Made by a program: the position numbers and the translations under genes | In this document: positions 1-9,425 of the stretch, piece after piece | Layout: each line of letters opens with the position of its first letter | Numbering within the stretch: position 1 is the first letter of the stretch | Source of the DNA: Acutalibacteraceae bacterium | Lineage (GTDB): Bacteria; Bacillota; Clostridia; Oscillospirales; Acutalibacteraceae | Direction: 5' to 3' | Assembly (NCBI GenBank): GCA_045604185.1 | Contig: JAZUNO010000092.1 | Span: 24,956 to 88,955 of the forward strand | Length of the DNA: 64,000 nucleotides | Notes under the pieces: generated by a model | The model's input: only the letters and a program-made list of their open reading frames with translations | Told to the model about the DNA's origin: nothing | The model's database searches: none

Positions 1-676
1 AACATTCCATCTGGATAATCGAAGCTATCGTCATTATATCGTCCGCAGTATAACCTTTGTTTGCTATGGTCTTTCTTGTGGATGCAGGCAAACCGCTTTC
101 CATACTGCGGAGAAGTTTTCCTATCGCATCCTCAGGTTTTGAATTCTCCTTGAAGTTATATGTGCCCGGACGAAGATATCCCTCCAGCTTGAAAGCTCGC
201 TTGCTCGGCTTCTGGTCTGCTATAAGCGGATAATATGTAAAATCAAAATTCTGTGAAGTATTCATAAGACTGCTGAATGATGCTACTCCGTTGGCATCAA
301 GAATCGCAAACACATCTACCATTGTAGCCCCTGCAGGAATCGTCACCGATACATTCTTCTGAACTTCAGGAGCTTTGGTTTCTTCTACCTTAGGTTTCGT
401 CTGTGTTTCATAAGCAACAGTTGTTGCCGCATTAATATGGCTCTCTATATCGGGACGCAACGGGTTTGATACCGGCTGAGTTTCAGTGTGCGTATCACCG
501 ACAACCTCATCTCCTGTTACCGGCACCTCTATTGTGCCCGGATATGTATAGTTGAGAGTTGTATACTCGGTAGTTGACTCATCAACATCACCACCGTTAT
601 TTGAACATGCAAACAAACCCGACATCATAAAGATTGCCAGGCAAATGCATATTACTCTTGTTGTGTGCTTCTTCAT
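1..676 (-). CDS. YceG/MltG-like endolytic transglycosylase lipoprotein, N-terminal part (3' end lies beyond the window start)
   Basis: Not in the ORF track because no stop lies in the window. Own translation from ATG at 676 gives MKKHTTRVICICLAIFMMSGLFAC (lipobox), then FKLEGYLRPGTYNF and TADDIMTIASIIQMEC. These resemble the YceG LEGYLFPDTY and ASI.E.E motifs. Confidence 0.6.
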   Translation of the reverse strand, partial: MKKHTTRVICICLAIFMMSGLFACSNNGGDVDESTTEYTTLNYTYPGTIEVPVTGDEVVGDTHTETQPVSNPLRPDIESHINAATTVAYETQTKPKVEETKAPEVQKNVSVTIPAGATMVDVFAILDANGVASFSSLMNTSQNFDFTYYPLIADQKPSKRAFKLEGYLRPGTYNFKENSKPEDAIGKLLRSMESGLPASTRKTIANKGYTADDIMTIASIIQMEC

Positions 677-724
677 TTCCAATCCCTTCCGTGGCATTAC
701 GGTTAACGCCTGTATCCTGTATGT

Positions 725-1429
725 CTATTTCCCGAACGGAATCTGCACAAACCGTTCACAGACAACAAATTTTACAAAATTGACAGCCTCAGTCCCGTCA
801 AAGGTCCAGCGTGTAAGCTCGGCTACCCTCTCGCCGGGGTTGAGTTTAAGCTCGGTGCGTTCATACGAACTCGCCTGGCGCAGAATAACACGCATGTCCA
901 GACGCTCTATATCCACACCGTCACTGTTGAGTATAGCATGGGCTAACGATGTTTCAGGCTTGAGTGATTTTACAATATCATACAGCTCTTGTGTAAAATA
1001 ACTGTCCTCCAACGCCACGGGCTCACCGCCTGCAAGACGCACTCTGCTGATTTTGCCCACAGTCATATCCGTCTTCCAATGCTCGAGCAGCTCGCCGCTC
1101 GGAGCCTCAAGTCCCGACGATATAACAACGTTCCGAATTTCAAGGCCCATTCTCTCAAGTGAGTATGTAAATGATATTATAGGCTCAAAGGGTGACAGTT
1201 GTTTTTTCCTGCAAACGAAAGTCCCCACTCCGTGACGCTTGTAAATAACGCCCTCGTGTTCAAGCTCCATGAGAGCCGCTCGCACAGTCGCCCTACCAAC
1301 CGAAAGCGTCTCCATAAGCTCTTTCTCGGTAGGAAGCTTTGAATCAGGAGTGTATTTGCCTGCATCAATCATTCCCGTTATATAGTTTTTAACCTGCAGA
1401 TACAACGGAAGCCGGCTCAGGCTCTCCAT
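725..1429 (-). CDS. GntR/HutC-family transcriptional regulator (wHTH plus UTRA-type effector domain)
   Basis: N-terminus PLYLQVKNYITGMIDAGKYTPDSKLPTEKELMETLSVGRATVRAALMELEHEGVIYKRHGVGTFV is a typical GntR HTH. It is divergent from the oxidoreductase operon. Confidence 0.85.
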   Translation of the reverse strand: MESLSRLPLYLQVKNYITGMIDAGKYTPDSKLPTEKELMETLSVGRATVRAALMELEHEGVIYKRHGVGTFVCRKKQLSPFEPIISFTYSLERMGLEIRNVVISSGLEAPSGELLEHWKTDMTVGKISRVRLAGGEPVALEDSYFTQELYDIVKSLKPETSLAHAILNSDGVDIERLDMRVILRQASSYERTELKLNPGERVAELTRWTFDGTEAVNFVKFVVCERFVQIPFGK

Positions 1430-1481
1430 AAATCAAATTCCTCACTCTCAAAAACAATTGCCAATCTCTTGTATGCTATAG

Positions 1482-1510
1482 TTGACATTATTTTAATACA
1501 ATGGTATAAT
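1482..1510 (+). promoter_or_regulatory. sigma-A type promoter, TTGACA-17-TATAAT
   Basis: TTGACA at 1482-1487, a 17-nt spacer, and TATAAT at 1505-1510. It lies 55 nt upstream of the ATG at 1566. Confidence 0.6.
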
Positions 1511-1521
1511 TTTGTCAAGAT

Positions 1522-1537
1522 GTTCGGACAACCGAAC
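1522..1537. promoter_or_regulatory. perfect 16-bp palindrome GTTCGG-ACAA-CCGAAC, candidate operator
   Basis: The inverted repeat sits 12 nt downstream of the -10 hexamer, between the divergent GntR gene and the operon. Confidence 0.4.
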
Positions 1538-1565
1538 AAGATTTATTTATTCTGGGGGCGACAGT

Positions 1566-3284
1566 ATGGCTCAAAGGCTCAAAAAAGTTCAAAAAGCCTT
1601 AATTAAAAAGGACTTTTCGGGCATTGAATGCACCGAAGTGCGCAACAGCATCCTTCTTGAAGGTGAGATGGACAGCTGGACGGACATTGTCAAAGCAGGA
1701 AGAACTGCCGCAAAATTCGGATACAAAGGTGTTATCAACGACATATCGCTGAAAAACTTCTCGGAGCCTGCCATAAGAGCTCCTAAAATCACCGACCGCA
1801 CCCTCGAGGGTGCAACACCCGACGTATTGATAATCGGCGGCGGTGTTATCGGATGTTCAATCGCAAGAGAACTCACCCGTTATAACTTAAACATTCTGCT
1901 CGTGGACAAGGAAAGCGACGTCGCCATGCAGGCCTCCTCCCGAAACGACGGAATGATTCATCCCGGCATAGCCTCACACCCGGGCACGCTTCGGGGCGAA
2001 ATGAACGTACGCGGAAATGAGATGTATACACAAATCTGCGACGAGCTCTCCATCCCGTTTGAACGTTGGAGCAACCTTATTCTGTATTCGGAACACCTTT
2101 TCGGATTTGCCTCACGTTTCGTGTTTGCCCGCAGAGAGCGTCTGCTTGGAGTGGAAGGACACAGAGTATCTCTTAAAAAGCTTCACGAAATTGAGCCCTA
2201 CATTACAGACAAGGCCATAGGTGCTTTTGAGTTCCCGTCATCGGGTGTGCTCTCCCCCTATAAACTGACTGTGGCTTTTGCAGAAAATGCCGTCGAAAAC
2301 GGAGCCAAGGTTTCCCTCGACACGATAGTTACGGGTATGGACGTTGAACACGGCAAAATAACAGCAGTACATACAAACAGAGGAACCGTACATCCCAAAG
2401 CTGTCATAAATGCCGCAGGTACTTTCTGCGACAAAATAGCTCAGATGGCTGACGACCGTTTCTTCAGCATACATCCGAGAAAGGGACATCTGGCCATACT
2501 CGACAAAAAGCAAGGACCTCTCGTTCAACGCTCCATGGGACTTATCGGCATTTCCCAGGCCTTTTCGGACACCAAGGGCGGCGGCGTTATGAGAACCATT
2601 GACGGCAACGTTTTGGTAGGCCCCGACGCATTCGAGCAACCCTACAGAGAGGATTTCTCTACAAAACGCGAAAACATTGACAGAATGCTCGAAAAGCATC
2701 TTCCGCTTATCAAAGGCTTTTCAAAAGCCGATGTCATTACATATTTTGCAGGCGTGCGTGCGGCCACTTATGAGGAGGAGTTTATTATCGAGGGCTCCGA
2801 AGCAGTTCAAAACCTTATCCACGCAGCAGGTATACAGTCACCGGGTCTTGCAAGTGCTCCTGCAATAGCCGAAGAAATAGCAAAAATAACAGTTGACAGA
2901 CTTTCAAAGGTCATGGATGTTCATAAAAACGATAAATTCAATCCCCGTCGCAGAGTGACCCCCGTTATGGCAAAGCTTTCACTCGAGGAAAAACAGGCGG
3001 CAATAGAGAAAAATCCCGATTACGGTATAGTTGTTTGCCGCTGTGAGGGTATCAGCCGCGGCGAAATAATAGATGCCGTAAACTCTCCCATTCCGGCAAC
3101 GTCGATAGACGCCATAAAAAGACGTATCAGACCCGGTATGGGCAGATGTCAGGGAGGTTTCTGCATGCCGCTGATAACCGATATAATATGTGAGCAGACC
3201 GGTATGAAGCCCACCGATGTTACAAAAAGCGGTGAAGGCTCCCAACTCCTTTTTGAGAAAGAAGAGGTGAACGGCAATGCTTGA
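1566..3284 (+). CDS. FAD-dependent oxidoreductase, glycerol-3-phosphate dehydrogenase-like, with C-terminal BFD-like [2Fe-2S] domain
   Basis: The ORF runs 1512-3284; the start was moved to ATG 1566, which follows a GGGGG RBS. It has the DVLIIGGGVIGCSIAREL dinucleotide fold. The C-terminus VVCRCEGISRGEI...GMGRCQGGFC is the BFD-type motif. Confidence 0.8.
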   Translation: MAQRLKKVQKALIKKDFSGIECTEVRNSILLEGEMDSWTDIVKAGRTAAKFGYKGVINDISLKNFSEPAIRAPKITDRTLEGATPDVLIIGGGVIGCSIARELTRYNLNILLVDKESDVAMQASSRNDGMIHPGIASHPGTLRGEMNVRGNEMYTQICDELSIPFERWSNLILYSEHLFGFASRFVFARRERLLGVEGHRVSLKKLHEIEPYITDKAIGAFEFPSSGVLSPYKLTVAFAENAVENGAKVSLDTIVTGMDVEHGKITAVHTNRGTVHPKAVINAAGTFCDKIAQMADDRFFSIHPRKGHLAILDKKQGPLVQRSMGLIGISQAFSDTKGGGVMRTIDGNVLVGPDAFEQPYREDFSTKRENIDRMLEKHLPLIKGFSKADVITYFAGVRAATYEEEFIIEGSEAVQNLIHAAGIQSPGLASAPAIAEEIAKITVDRLSKVMDVHKNDKFNPRRRVTPVMAKLSLEEKQAAIEKNPDYGIVVCRCEGISRGEIIDAVNSPIPATSIDAIKRRIRPGMGRCQGGFCMPLITDIICEQTGMKPTDVTKSGEGSQLLFEKEEVNGNA

Positions 3285-4536
3285 ATTAAACTACGATGTA
3301 ATCGTCCTCGGCGGCGGCCCCGCAGGTCTTGCGGCGGCAGTTTCTGCCCATAAAAACAACGCAAAAGTTCTGCTTATAGAGCGTGAGAAAAAACTCGGCG
3401 GAATCCTCAAGCAATGTGTGCACGACGGCTTCGGACTCATCTATTTCGGAGAGCGTCTGACGGGTCCCGAGTATGCAGGAAAATTTATAAAAGACTTTTT
3501 GTCGTGCGGTATTGACTACAAATTAAATGCTTTTGTAACCGATGCCAAAAAATGCGACGACGGTTTTCAGCTGACTGTCCAGAGTGCAGAGGGTATGCTC
3601 CGTTGTTTTGCTTCATCCGTCATTATCGCTTGCGGATGCAGAGAGCGTACCTCCCGTCAGGTCTTTATTCACGGCGACAGACCTGCAGGAATTTACACAG
3701 CAGGCACCGCTCAGTATTACGTAAACATTCTCGGCCAGATGCCGACTAAACGCTGTGTTATTCTCGGCAGCGGTGATATAGGAATGATAATGGCACGCAG
3801 ACTTACCCTTGAGGGAGCAAGCGTCGAGGGTGTGTACGAGATAAAAGACACCCCTGCAGGACTTGCGAGAAACGTACACCAATGCTTGCGTGACTTTGAT
3901 ATTCCGTTGCACCTTTCAACCACCGTCACAAACATATACGGTGAAAAGAGAGTAGAGGCTGTAGAAGTATGCAAGGTTGACGAAAAGATGAACCCCATTC
4001 CCGAAACGGCAAGGAAAATAGAGTGTGACGCACTCATTCTTTCCGTCGGACTTCTGCCCGAAAACGAGGTTGCACAGATGCTCGGTGTAAAACTCGACCC
4101 CAACACAAAGGGTGCGGTAGTTGACCAGACTCTTATGACAAATATCCCCGGTGTGTTCTCTTGCGGAAATGCGTTGCACGTAAACGACCTTGTCGACTAT
4201 GTGTCGCAAAGCGGCGAAGATGCAGGAAAATCGGCTGCCGAATACTGCAAAAAGCCGACGGGAGACGGCAAGAAAATCCCCGTCGAATATGACAAATCAA
4301 AGTTTTTGTATGTTGTTCCGCAGTATTATGACGCTGACAAAGGCTTACCGATGACAATGTATTTCAGAGCCAGAAACGAAATTAAAAATCAGCGTGTATC
4401 TGCCGTCAGCGACAGCGGTGAACTTATAAGCAAAAAATTCAGAAACCTTACCCCGTCAGAGATGGAGGTTTTAAGTTTCAACGAAGATGTAAAACCCGTC
4501 GGCGGAAAAATAACAGTTACAATGGAGGGCTGCTAA
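3277..4536 (+). CDS. NAD(P)/FAD-dependent (pyridine nucleotide-disulfide type) oxidoreductase
   Basis: YDVIVLGGGPAGLAAAVSA plus a second Rossmann motif RCVILGSGDIGMIMA. It overlaps the upstream gene by 8 nt, which suggests an operon. Confidence 0.8.
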   Translation: MLELNYDVIVLGGGPAGLAAAVSAHKNNAKVLLIEREKKLGGILKQCVHDGFGLIYFGERLTGPEYAGKFIKDFLSCGIDYKLNAFVTDAKKCDDGFQLTVQSAEGMLRCFASSVIIACGCRERTSRQVFIHGDRPAGIYTAGTAQYYVNILGQMPTKRCVILGSGDIGMIMARRLTLEGASVEGVYEIKDTPAGLARNVHQCLRDFDIPLHLSTTVTNIYGEKRVEAVEVCKVDEKMNPIPETARKIECDALILSVGLLPENEVAQMLGVKLDPNTKGAVVDQTLMTNIPGVFSCGNALHVNDLVDYVSQSGEDAGKSAAEYCKKPTGDGKKIPVEYDKSKFLYVVPQYYDADKGLPMTMYFRARNEIKNQRVSAVSDSGELISKKFRNLTPSEMEVLSFNEDVKPVGGKITVTMEGC

Positions 4537-4537
4537 C

Positions 4538-4891
4538 ATGAAATTAACAGAAATGGTATGCATTGTCTGTCCTAACGGCTGCCGTCTGACAGTAACTCAG
4601 GACGGTGACGGAATAAACGTACAGGGTGCCGTATGTAAAAGGGGTGTCGATTTTGCAAAAACTGAGCTTACCGCTCCAACACGCTCTCTGACATCAACTG
4701 TCCAAACCGTTTTTGCCGATTTACCCCGTCTGCCCGTTAAAACCGACGGAGAAATCCCAAAAGAGAAATTGTTCGAAGCAATGAAGATTATCCGAAACGT
4801 AAAGGTTACCGAACCTCTTCGCACGGGCGATGTTATAATAGAAGATTTATTCGGCACAAAATTAATTGCTACTGCAGACATAAATATATAA
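4538..4891 (+). CDS. DUF1667-like small Cys-rich protein (third subunit of the oxidoreductase set)
   Basis: 117 aa with CIVCPNGC and a further CKRG. It begins 1 nt after the preceding stop. Confidence 0.7.
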   Translation: MKLTEMVCIVCPNGCRLTVTQDGDGINVQGAVCKRGVDFAKTELTAPTRSLTSTVQTVFADLPRLPVKTDGEIPKEKLFEAMKIIRNVKVTEPLRTGDVIIEDLFGTKLIATADINI

Positions 4892-4905
4892 CGGAGGAAA
4901 AAGCC

Positions 4906-6639
4906 ATGAGCAAGAAAAACAAATCATTCATCCCCGATTGGTATCACGAAAAAGCTCCCGAAAGGTCATACCGTTCAATATTAAAATGGGGTGACCCCGA
5001 AGCTTTTAAAGCTCCAAACTCCAAACTCTACGCTCTTATGAAAGAAACCTTCGACATGACTGACGAAGATTTCAAAGAGAAGAAAGAAATGGGACTTGAA
5101 GAGGTCGATTTTGATATCCCCTGTAAGTTAAGCGACGAACAGTTAGCCGCTTTTGAAGAAATAGTCGGCAAGGACAACGTCAGCATCGACAACTACGACC
5201 GTCTGAGTGTCGCATACGGAAAGACTATGGTCGACCTGATGAGACTTCGCAAGCATATTGTCGAAAATCTTCCCGATGTCGTTTTGTATCCCAGAGACCG
5301 TGAGGATATAATCAAGATAGTAAAATACTGCTGTGAGCAAAAAATTCCGATGTATGTATACGGCGGCGGCTCTTCCGTCACACGCGGTGTTGAACCCGTC
5401 TGCGGCGGCGTTTCTCTGGATATGAGAAAGAACTTCAACAAAGTCATTTCCTTTAGCGAAAACAATCAGACAATCACTGTTGAGGCAGGAATGAGCGGTC
5501 CGAAGCTTGAAAAAACTCTCAACGAAGCTGTTAAAAACTTCGGCGCAAAAAGAGCATACACCTGCGGCCATTTTCCGCAGAGCTTTGAATATTCATCTGT
5601 CGGCGGCTGGACCGTCACCAGGGGAGCCGGTCAGAACTCCAGCTACTACGGCAAAATCGAGGATATTGTTATCAGTCAGGAATATATTACACCCGTCGGA
5701 ATTATCAAGAGCGATGAGTTTCCTGCAAACGCTACGGGCCCGTCAATCGATGAGATAATGATGGGCAGCGAGGGTGCGTTCGGTATTCTCACTCATGTAA
5801 CGCTGAGATTCTTCAAATACATGCCCGAAAACCGCAAAAAGTTCTCCTACGTTTTCAAGGATTGGCAAAGCGGCGTCGATGCAGCAAGAGAAATTATGCA
5901 GGGCGAGTTCGGTTATCCGTCCGTTTTCCGTCTGTCAGACCCCGAAGAGACCTCTGTTGCATTCCGCCTTTACGGTGTTGCAGACACGGTTATTGATAAA
6001 CTTCTTGTTGCACGTGGCTACAAGGACGGAGAGAGAGTACTGATGCTCGGCTGGAGCGAGGGCGAAAAGAGCTTTAGCAAAAATGTCGCAAAACAGATTG
6101 ATAAAATCTGCAAGAAGTACGGTGCCATGTACACAACCGGTCTTGTTACAAAAGGCTGGGAGCACGGCCGTTTCAGAGACCCGTATCTTCGCGAGGACAT
6201 GGGGGACTACGGTCTTATGCTCGACACGCTCGAGTGCTCCGTCAACTGGGATAACTTTATGTCAGTTTACGAAAATGTACGCAAGTTCTGCAAGAACAGG
6301 CCAAACACTATATGTATGACACATATGTCACACTTCTATCCCCAGGGTGCAAACCTCTACTTCATTTTCGAAGCAAAGATGAGCGAGATTGACGAGTATC
6401 TCGAGTATCAGGGCGGAATAATGGATAACATACAGAAATACGGTGCGGCGATGAGCCACCACCACGGCATCGGCAAAATGACTGCTCCGTGGCTTGAAGC
6501 ACAGATAGGCCGCAACGAAATGGAAATCTACCGCACACTCAAACGTCACTTTGACCCCGACAATCTGATGAACCCGGGCGGAACTTTGGGATTAGACCTT
6601 CCCGAAGACAAGAAGAGGGACTTCATAAACGAGAAATAA
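4906..6639 (+). CDS. FAD-linked oxidase, alkyl-dihydroxyacetonephosphate-synthase-like
   Basis: It has an FAD_binding_4-like motif, PMYVYGGGSSVTRG. The C-terminal MSHHHGIGKMTAPWL resembles the HHHG.GK signature of AGPS-type enzymes. Confidence 0.7.
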   Translation: MSKKNKSFIPDWYHEKAPERSYRSILKWGDPEAFKAPNSKLYALMKETFDMTDEDFKEKKEMGLEEVDFDIPCKLSDEQLAAFEEIVGKDNVSIDNYDRLSVAYGKTMVDLMRLRKHIVENLPDVVLYPRDREDIIKIVKYCCEQKIPMYVYGGGSSVTRGVEPVCGGVSLDMRKNFNKVISFSENNQTITVEAGMSGPKLEKTLNEAVKNFGAKRAYTCGHFPQSFEYSSVGGWTVTRGAGQNSSYYGKIEDIVISQEYITPVGIIKSDEFPANATGPSIDEIMMGSEGAFGILTHVTLRFFKYMPENRKKFSYVFKDWQSGVDAAREIMQGEFGYPSVFRLSDPEETSVAFRLYGVADTVIDKLLVARGYKDGERVLMLGWSEGEKSFSKNVAKQIDKICKKYGAMYTTGLVTKGWEHGRFRDPYLREDMGDYGLMLDTLECSVNWDNFMSVYENVRKFCKNRPNTICMTHMSHFYPQGANLYFIFEAKMSEIDEYLEYQGGIMDNIQKYGAAMSHHHGIGKMTAPWLEAQIGRNEMEIYRTLKRHFDPDNLMNPGGTLGLDLPEDKKRDFINEK

Positions 6640-6641
6640 CA

Positions 6642-6679
6642 AACACGGGACAGGAAGGGCGGCCTTCCTGTCCCGTGTT
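6642..6679. terminator. bidirectional intrinsic terminator hairpin between convergent genes
   Basis: AACACGGGACAGGAAGG-GCGG-CCTTCCTGTCCCGTGTT, a 17-bp perfect stem. Confidence 0.7.
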
Positions 6680-6681
6680 AT

Positions 6682-7737
6682 TTACTGTTTTACTGTCTTT
6701 TTCGGTTTAAACAAGACCGAATCAAGCTTTGCCATAACATTGTCGAAAACAACCGACATCAAAACCGTCACTATGAAGCACAGACAAAAATAGATAAGAT
6801 TGTTATCGTTGAGTCCGAGATAACGGAACACACTCATAGGTATTCTCTGAAGTATATAAATACTGAAAACATGTCTGCCTAAAAACTCAAGTATCGGGTT
6901 TCCGATTTTAAGTTTCATGGAAACCAAAATCAATATCAGCATGAAAGAAACTGCCCACACTGTATAAACGGGTAATCCCAACGCCCTGTATTTAAGCGAA
7001 AATGCGTGCATTCCCACCAGAGCACAAAGCACCAGAGCGTAAGTTATTCCGTTTTTCATCACGACTTTATCTATCGTCTCTTTAAAGTATGCATACCACA
7101 TACCCAACGGCAACAGCACTATTGTATTATAGTAATACGACGGGCGTTCCAGCTTTATAAAGAGATAGACAAGAAGTGCCGACAGCACTGTCATCGTACA
7201 AAGAGCAAAAAACTTCTTTTTTCTGAAAATCAGGAACGATACTATCATCAGAATATAAAGGCACAAAACTGCGGTAATATACCAATTGCTATTGCCTATC
7301 GTGCCCCACGTAGTAAGCGCCAGAAGGAAGTCCTTTAGCAAATACTCACGCTTGATAAACAGATTTACCACCGCAAAAAGTACTATCGCTATATCGAAAT
7401 GTAAAAGCAGGCTTAAAAATCTGCTTTTAAAAATATTTTTCACATACGGTGTTCCCTTTTTGGAAATCGAACACATCATGCCGTAGCCCGAATAAAACAG
7501 GAACGTCGCTACTACCAACTGCCCCAGATAACTTTTAAAATCAAGCCAAATCTTATCGGACGCTCCGCCAAGTGACATATATGTTGATATATGACACATA
7601 AACACCAGAAGCACGAAAATACCATTTATTGAACCGGTGGATTCTTTTGACATGTAGTCCTTATGAAACTCGTCGGTCTTGGAAAACTTTGCACCGTACA
7701 AAAACACAAAGATTGCTACTATGAAAACATATACCAT
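6682..7737 (-). CDS. acyltransferase family 3 integral membrane protein (O-acyltransferase)
   Basis: Polytopic hydrophobic protein. The start was moved to ATG 7737, which follows GGAGGG plus 9 nt; the ORF-track start is 7824. Confidence 0.7.
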   Translation of the reverse strand: MVYVFIVAIFVFLYGAKFSKTDEFHKDYMSKESTGSINGIFVLLVFMCHISTYMSLGGASDKIWLDFKSYLGQLVVATFLFYSGYGMMCSISKKGTPYVKNIFKSRFLSLLLHFDIAIVLFAVVNLFIKREYLLKDFLLALTTWGTIGNSNWYITAVLCLYILMIVSFLIFRKKKFFALCTMTVLSALLVYLFIKLERPSYYYNTIVLLPLGMWYAYFKETIDKVVMKNGITYALVLCALVGMHAFSLKYRALGLPVYTVWAVSFMLILILVSMKLKIGNPILEFLGRHVFSIYILQRIPMSVFRYLGLNDNNLIYFCLCFIVTVLMSVVFDNVMAKLDSVLFKPKKTVKQ

Positions 7738-7847
7738 AACAGTACTCCCTCCTTGCAGAATAACCACATTATAGCATGAAGCCATGATATTGGCAACAAA
7801 AAGCGGTGGCAACAAAATTGCCACCGCCTAAATTTTTATACTGAAGC

Positions 7848-9323
7848 TTAATTTCCGAACGGATTGAGATAATAATCAAAGTTTGTTGTTTCTTCCTTTG
7901 TCGGGGATACTGTTCCCGTGTCCTCAACAAGCTTTACCTTAACCTTAAACTCGGTAAGCTGATAGTTGCTCGATACTCTGCATAAGGTCAAAGTCAGTGT
8001 ATCGCCGACCTTGCCGTTATCTATAACCTCAAGAAGTATGTCGGCAGTAGTCAAATCCTTTCCGTTGACTGCTATAATCAAATCGCCTGCCTGTGCCTCG
8101 GTGTTAGCAAGGTCACTGTCGGCGTTTATATCGGCAATTATCAATGAACCTGCAGGCAGACCCTTTATCTGCACTATCATATTATACTGCTGGCTCGAGC
8201 TGTTTGAATAATATGATATTCCGAGTTTCGGGCGGTTAGGTACTCTGCCGTGTGCGATAAGGTCATCGATTATCTCTTTGGCTGACGAAATGGGTATTGC
8301 AAAGCCCATAAGCTCATAGTCAATATCAGTTATCTTCAAAGAGTTTATGCCTATAACCTGACCGTAGGAATTTATAAGCGCACCGCCTGAGTTACCCGGG
8401 CTTATAGCCGCTGAATGCTGTAGGCACTCCATTGAATAGCCGATCTCACTGCTGACGGGTCTTGAAATTGCTGAGACCATACCGTGAGTGAACGAGCCGA
8501 AAAACTCCATGCCGCCCGGATTTCCGAGAGCATAAACACTCTCGCCGACCTTAAGTTTTGTTGAATCCCCAAATTCGGCAGCGGTAAGTCCCGTAGCCTT
8601 TATCTTGAGCACACCTATATCCGTACGTACATCGTAGCCGACTATTTGTGCATCATACTGCGTGCCGTCGTGAAGCTGAACGACAGCCTCAAGTCCGTTA
8701 CCGCTGATAACGTGGGCACAAGTGATTATATAGGTGTACTGACCCGTAGAGTCTTCACCCATAATAATTCCCGAACCCTCTCCCGAAGCGGCACTTGAAT
8801 ACTGACTGTAAACCACTATGCCGACATTGCTCGGCTGAAGCTTTTCATATATCTGTGTAGCCGTCAAAACACCGCCTTGAGCTATATGTTGCGTATCCGG
8901 TGTTTTATTTATGGTAAGGGAGGCATCTCCCGTAACATCTTCTTTTTGAGAAGAACCGATTGCTCCGTCTGTACCGTCGTTGTCCCGTGTGGAAAGCATA
9001 TACGAAGTGATACCTAATGCAACAACAACCACTACGGCAAGAATGGCAAAAAATATTTTAATGCCCTTGTTCTTGGCTCCGCTCTTTTTCGCAGGTGCCT
9101 GCTGAGGCGGCACTGTATACACAGGATTGCCCATATCGGAATACTGTGCTCCCGCATTAAACTTCTGCTCTGCACCGTAAACAGCATCAGGCTCCAAAGG
9201 CTGCGTCTGCTGAGCCTGCGGTTCAGGCTCTCTGTCAACATATTCCTCAGACGGATTTCCAAACCCTTGAGTATCTGTCTCTACATCAGGATTGTTGTAG
9301 TCATAGTTGTTATCGTTGTTCAT
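7848..9323 (-). CDS. HtrA/DegP-type S1C serine protease with TM anchor and C-terminal PDZ domain
   Basis: ITCAHVI (His), DIGVLKI (Asp) and GNSGGALIN (Ser) form the catalytic triad context. It lies downstream of the two-component pair. Confidence 0.85.
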   Translation of the reverse strand: MNNDNNYDYNNPDVETDTQGFGNPSEEYVDREPEPQAQQTQPLEPDAVYGAEQKFNAGAQYSDMGNPVYTVPPQQAPAKKSGAKNKGIKIFFAILAVVVVVALGITSYMLSTRDNDGTDGAIGSSQKEDVTGDASLTINKTPDTQHIAQGGVLTATQIYEKLQPSNVGIVVYSQYSSAASGEGSGIIMGEDSTGQYTYIITCAHVISGNGLEAVVQLHDGTQYDAQIVGYDVRTDIGVLKIKATGLTAAEFGDSTKLKVGESVYALGNPGGMEFFGSFTHGMVSAISRPVSSEIGYSMECLQHSAAISPGNSGGALINSYGQVIGINSLKITDIDYELMGFAIPISSAKEIIDDLIAHGRVPNRPKLGISYYSNSSSQQYNMIVQIKGLPAGSLIIADINADSDLANTEAQAGDLIIAVNGKDLTTADILLEVIDNGKVGDTLTLTLCRVSSNYQLTEFKVKVKLVEDTGTVSPTKEETTNFDYYLNPFGN

Positions 9324-9425
9324 ACATTAAACCTCCGAATATCTGCACCGTGCAGGATATTTCTTATTACTGTATCATTATGCACTAACGGTGTTACGTT
9401 TTTTTGAACAGGGAGTAAATATATT

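Noticed and set aside
552-1001. 149-aa ORF on the plus strand
   Set aside because: It overlaps the 5' end of the MltG-like gene and the 3' end of the GntR gene on the opposite strand. It has no RBS or motif.
1522-1537. GTTCGG-N4-CCGAAC considered as a LexA box
   Set aside because: The half-sites are in the opposite order to the Cheo box CGAAC-N4-GTTCG. The location next to a GntR regulator explains it better.
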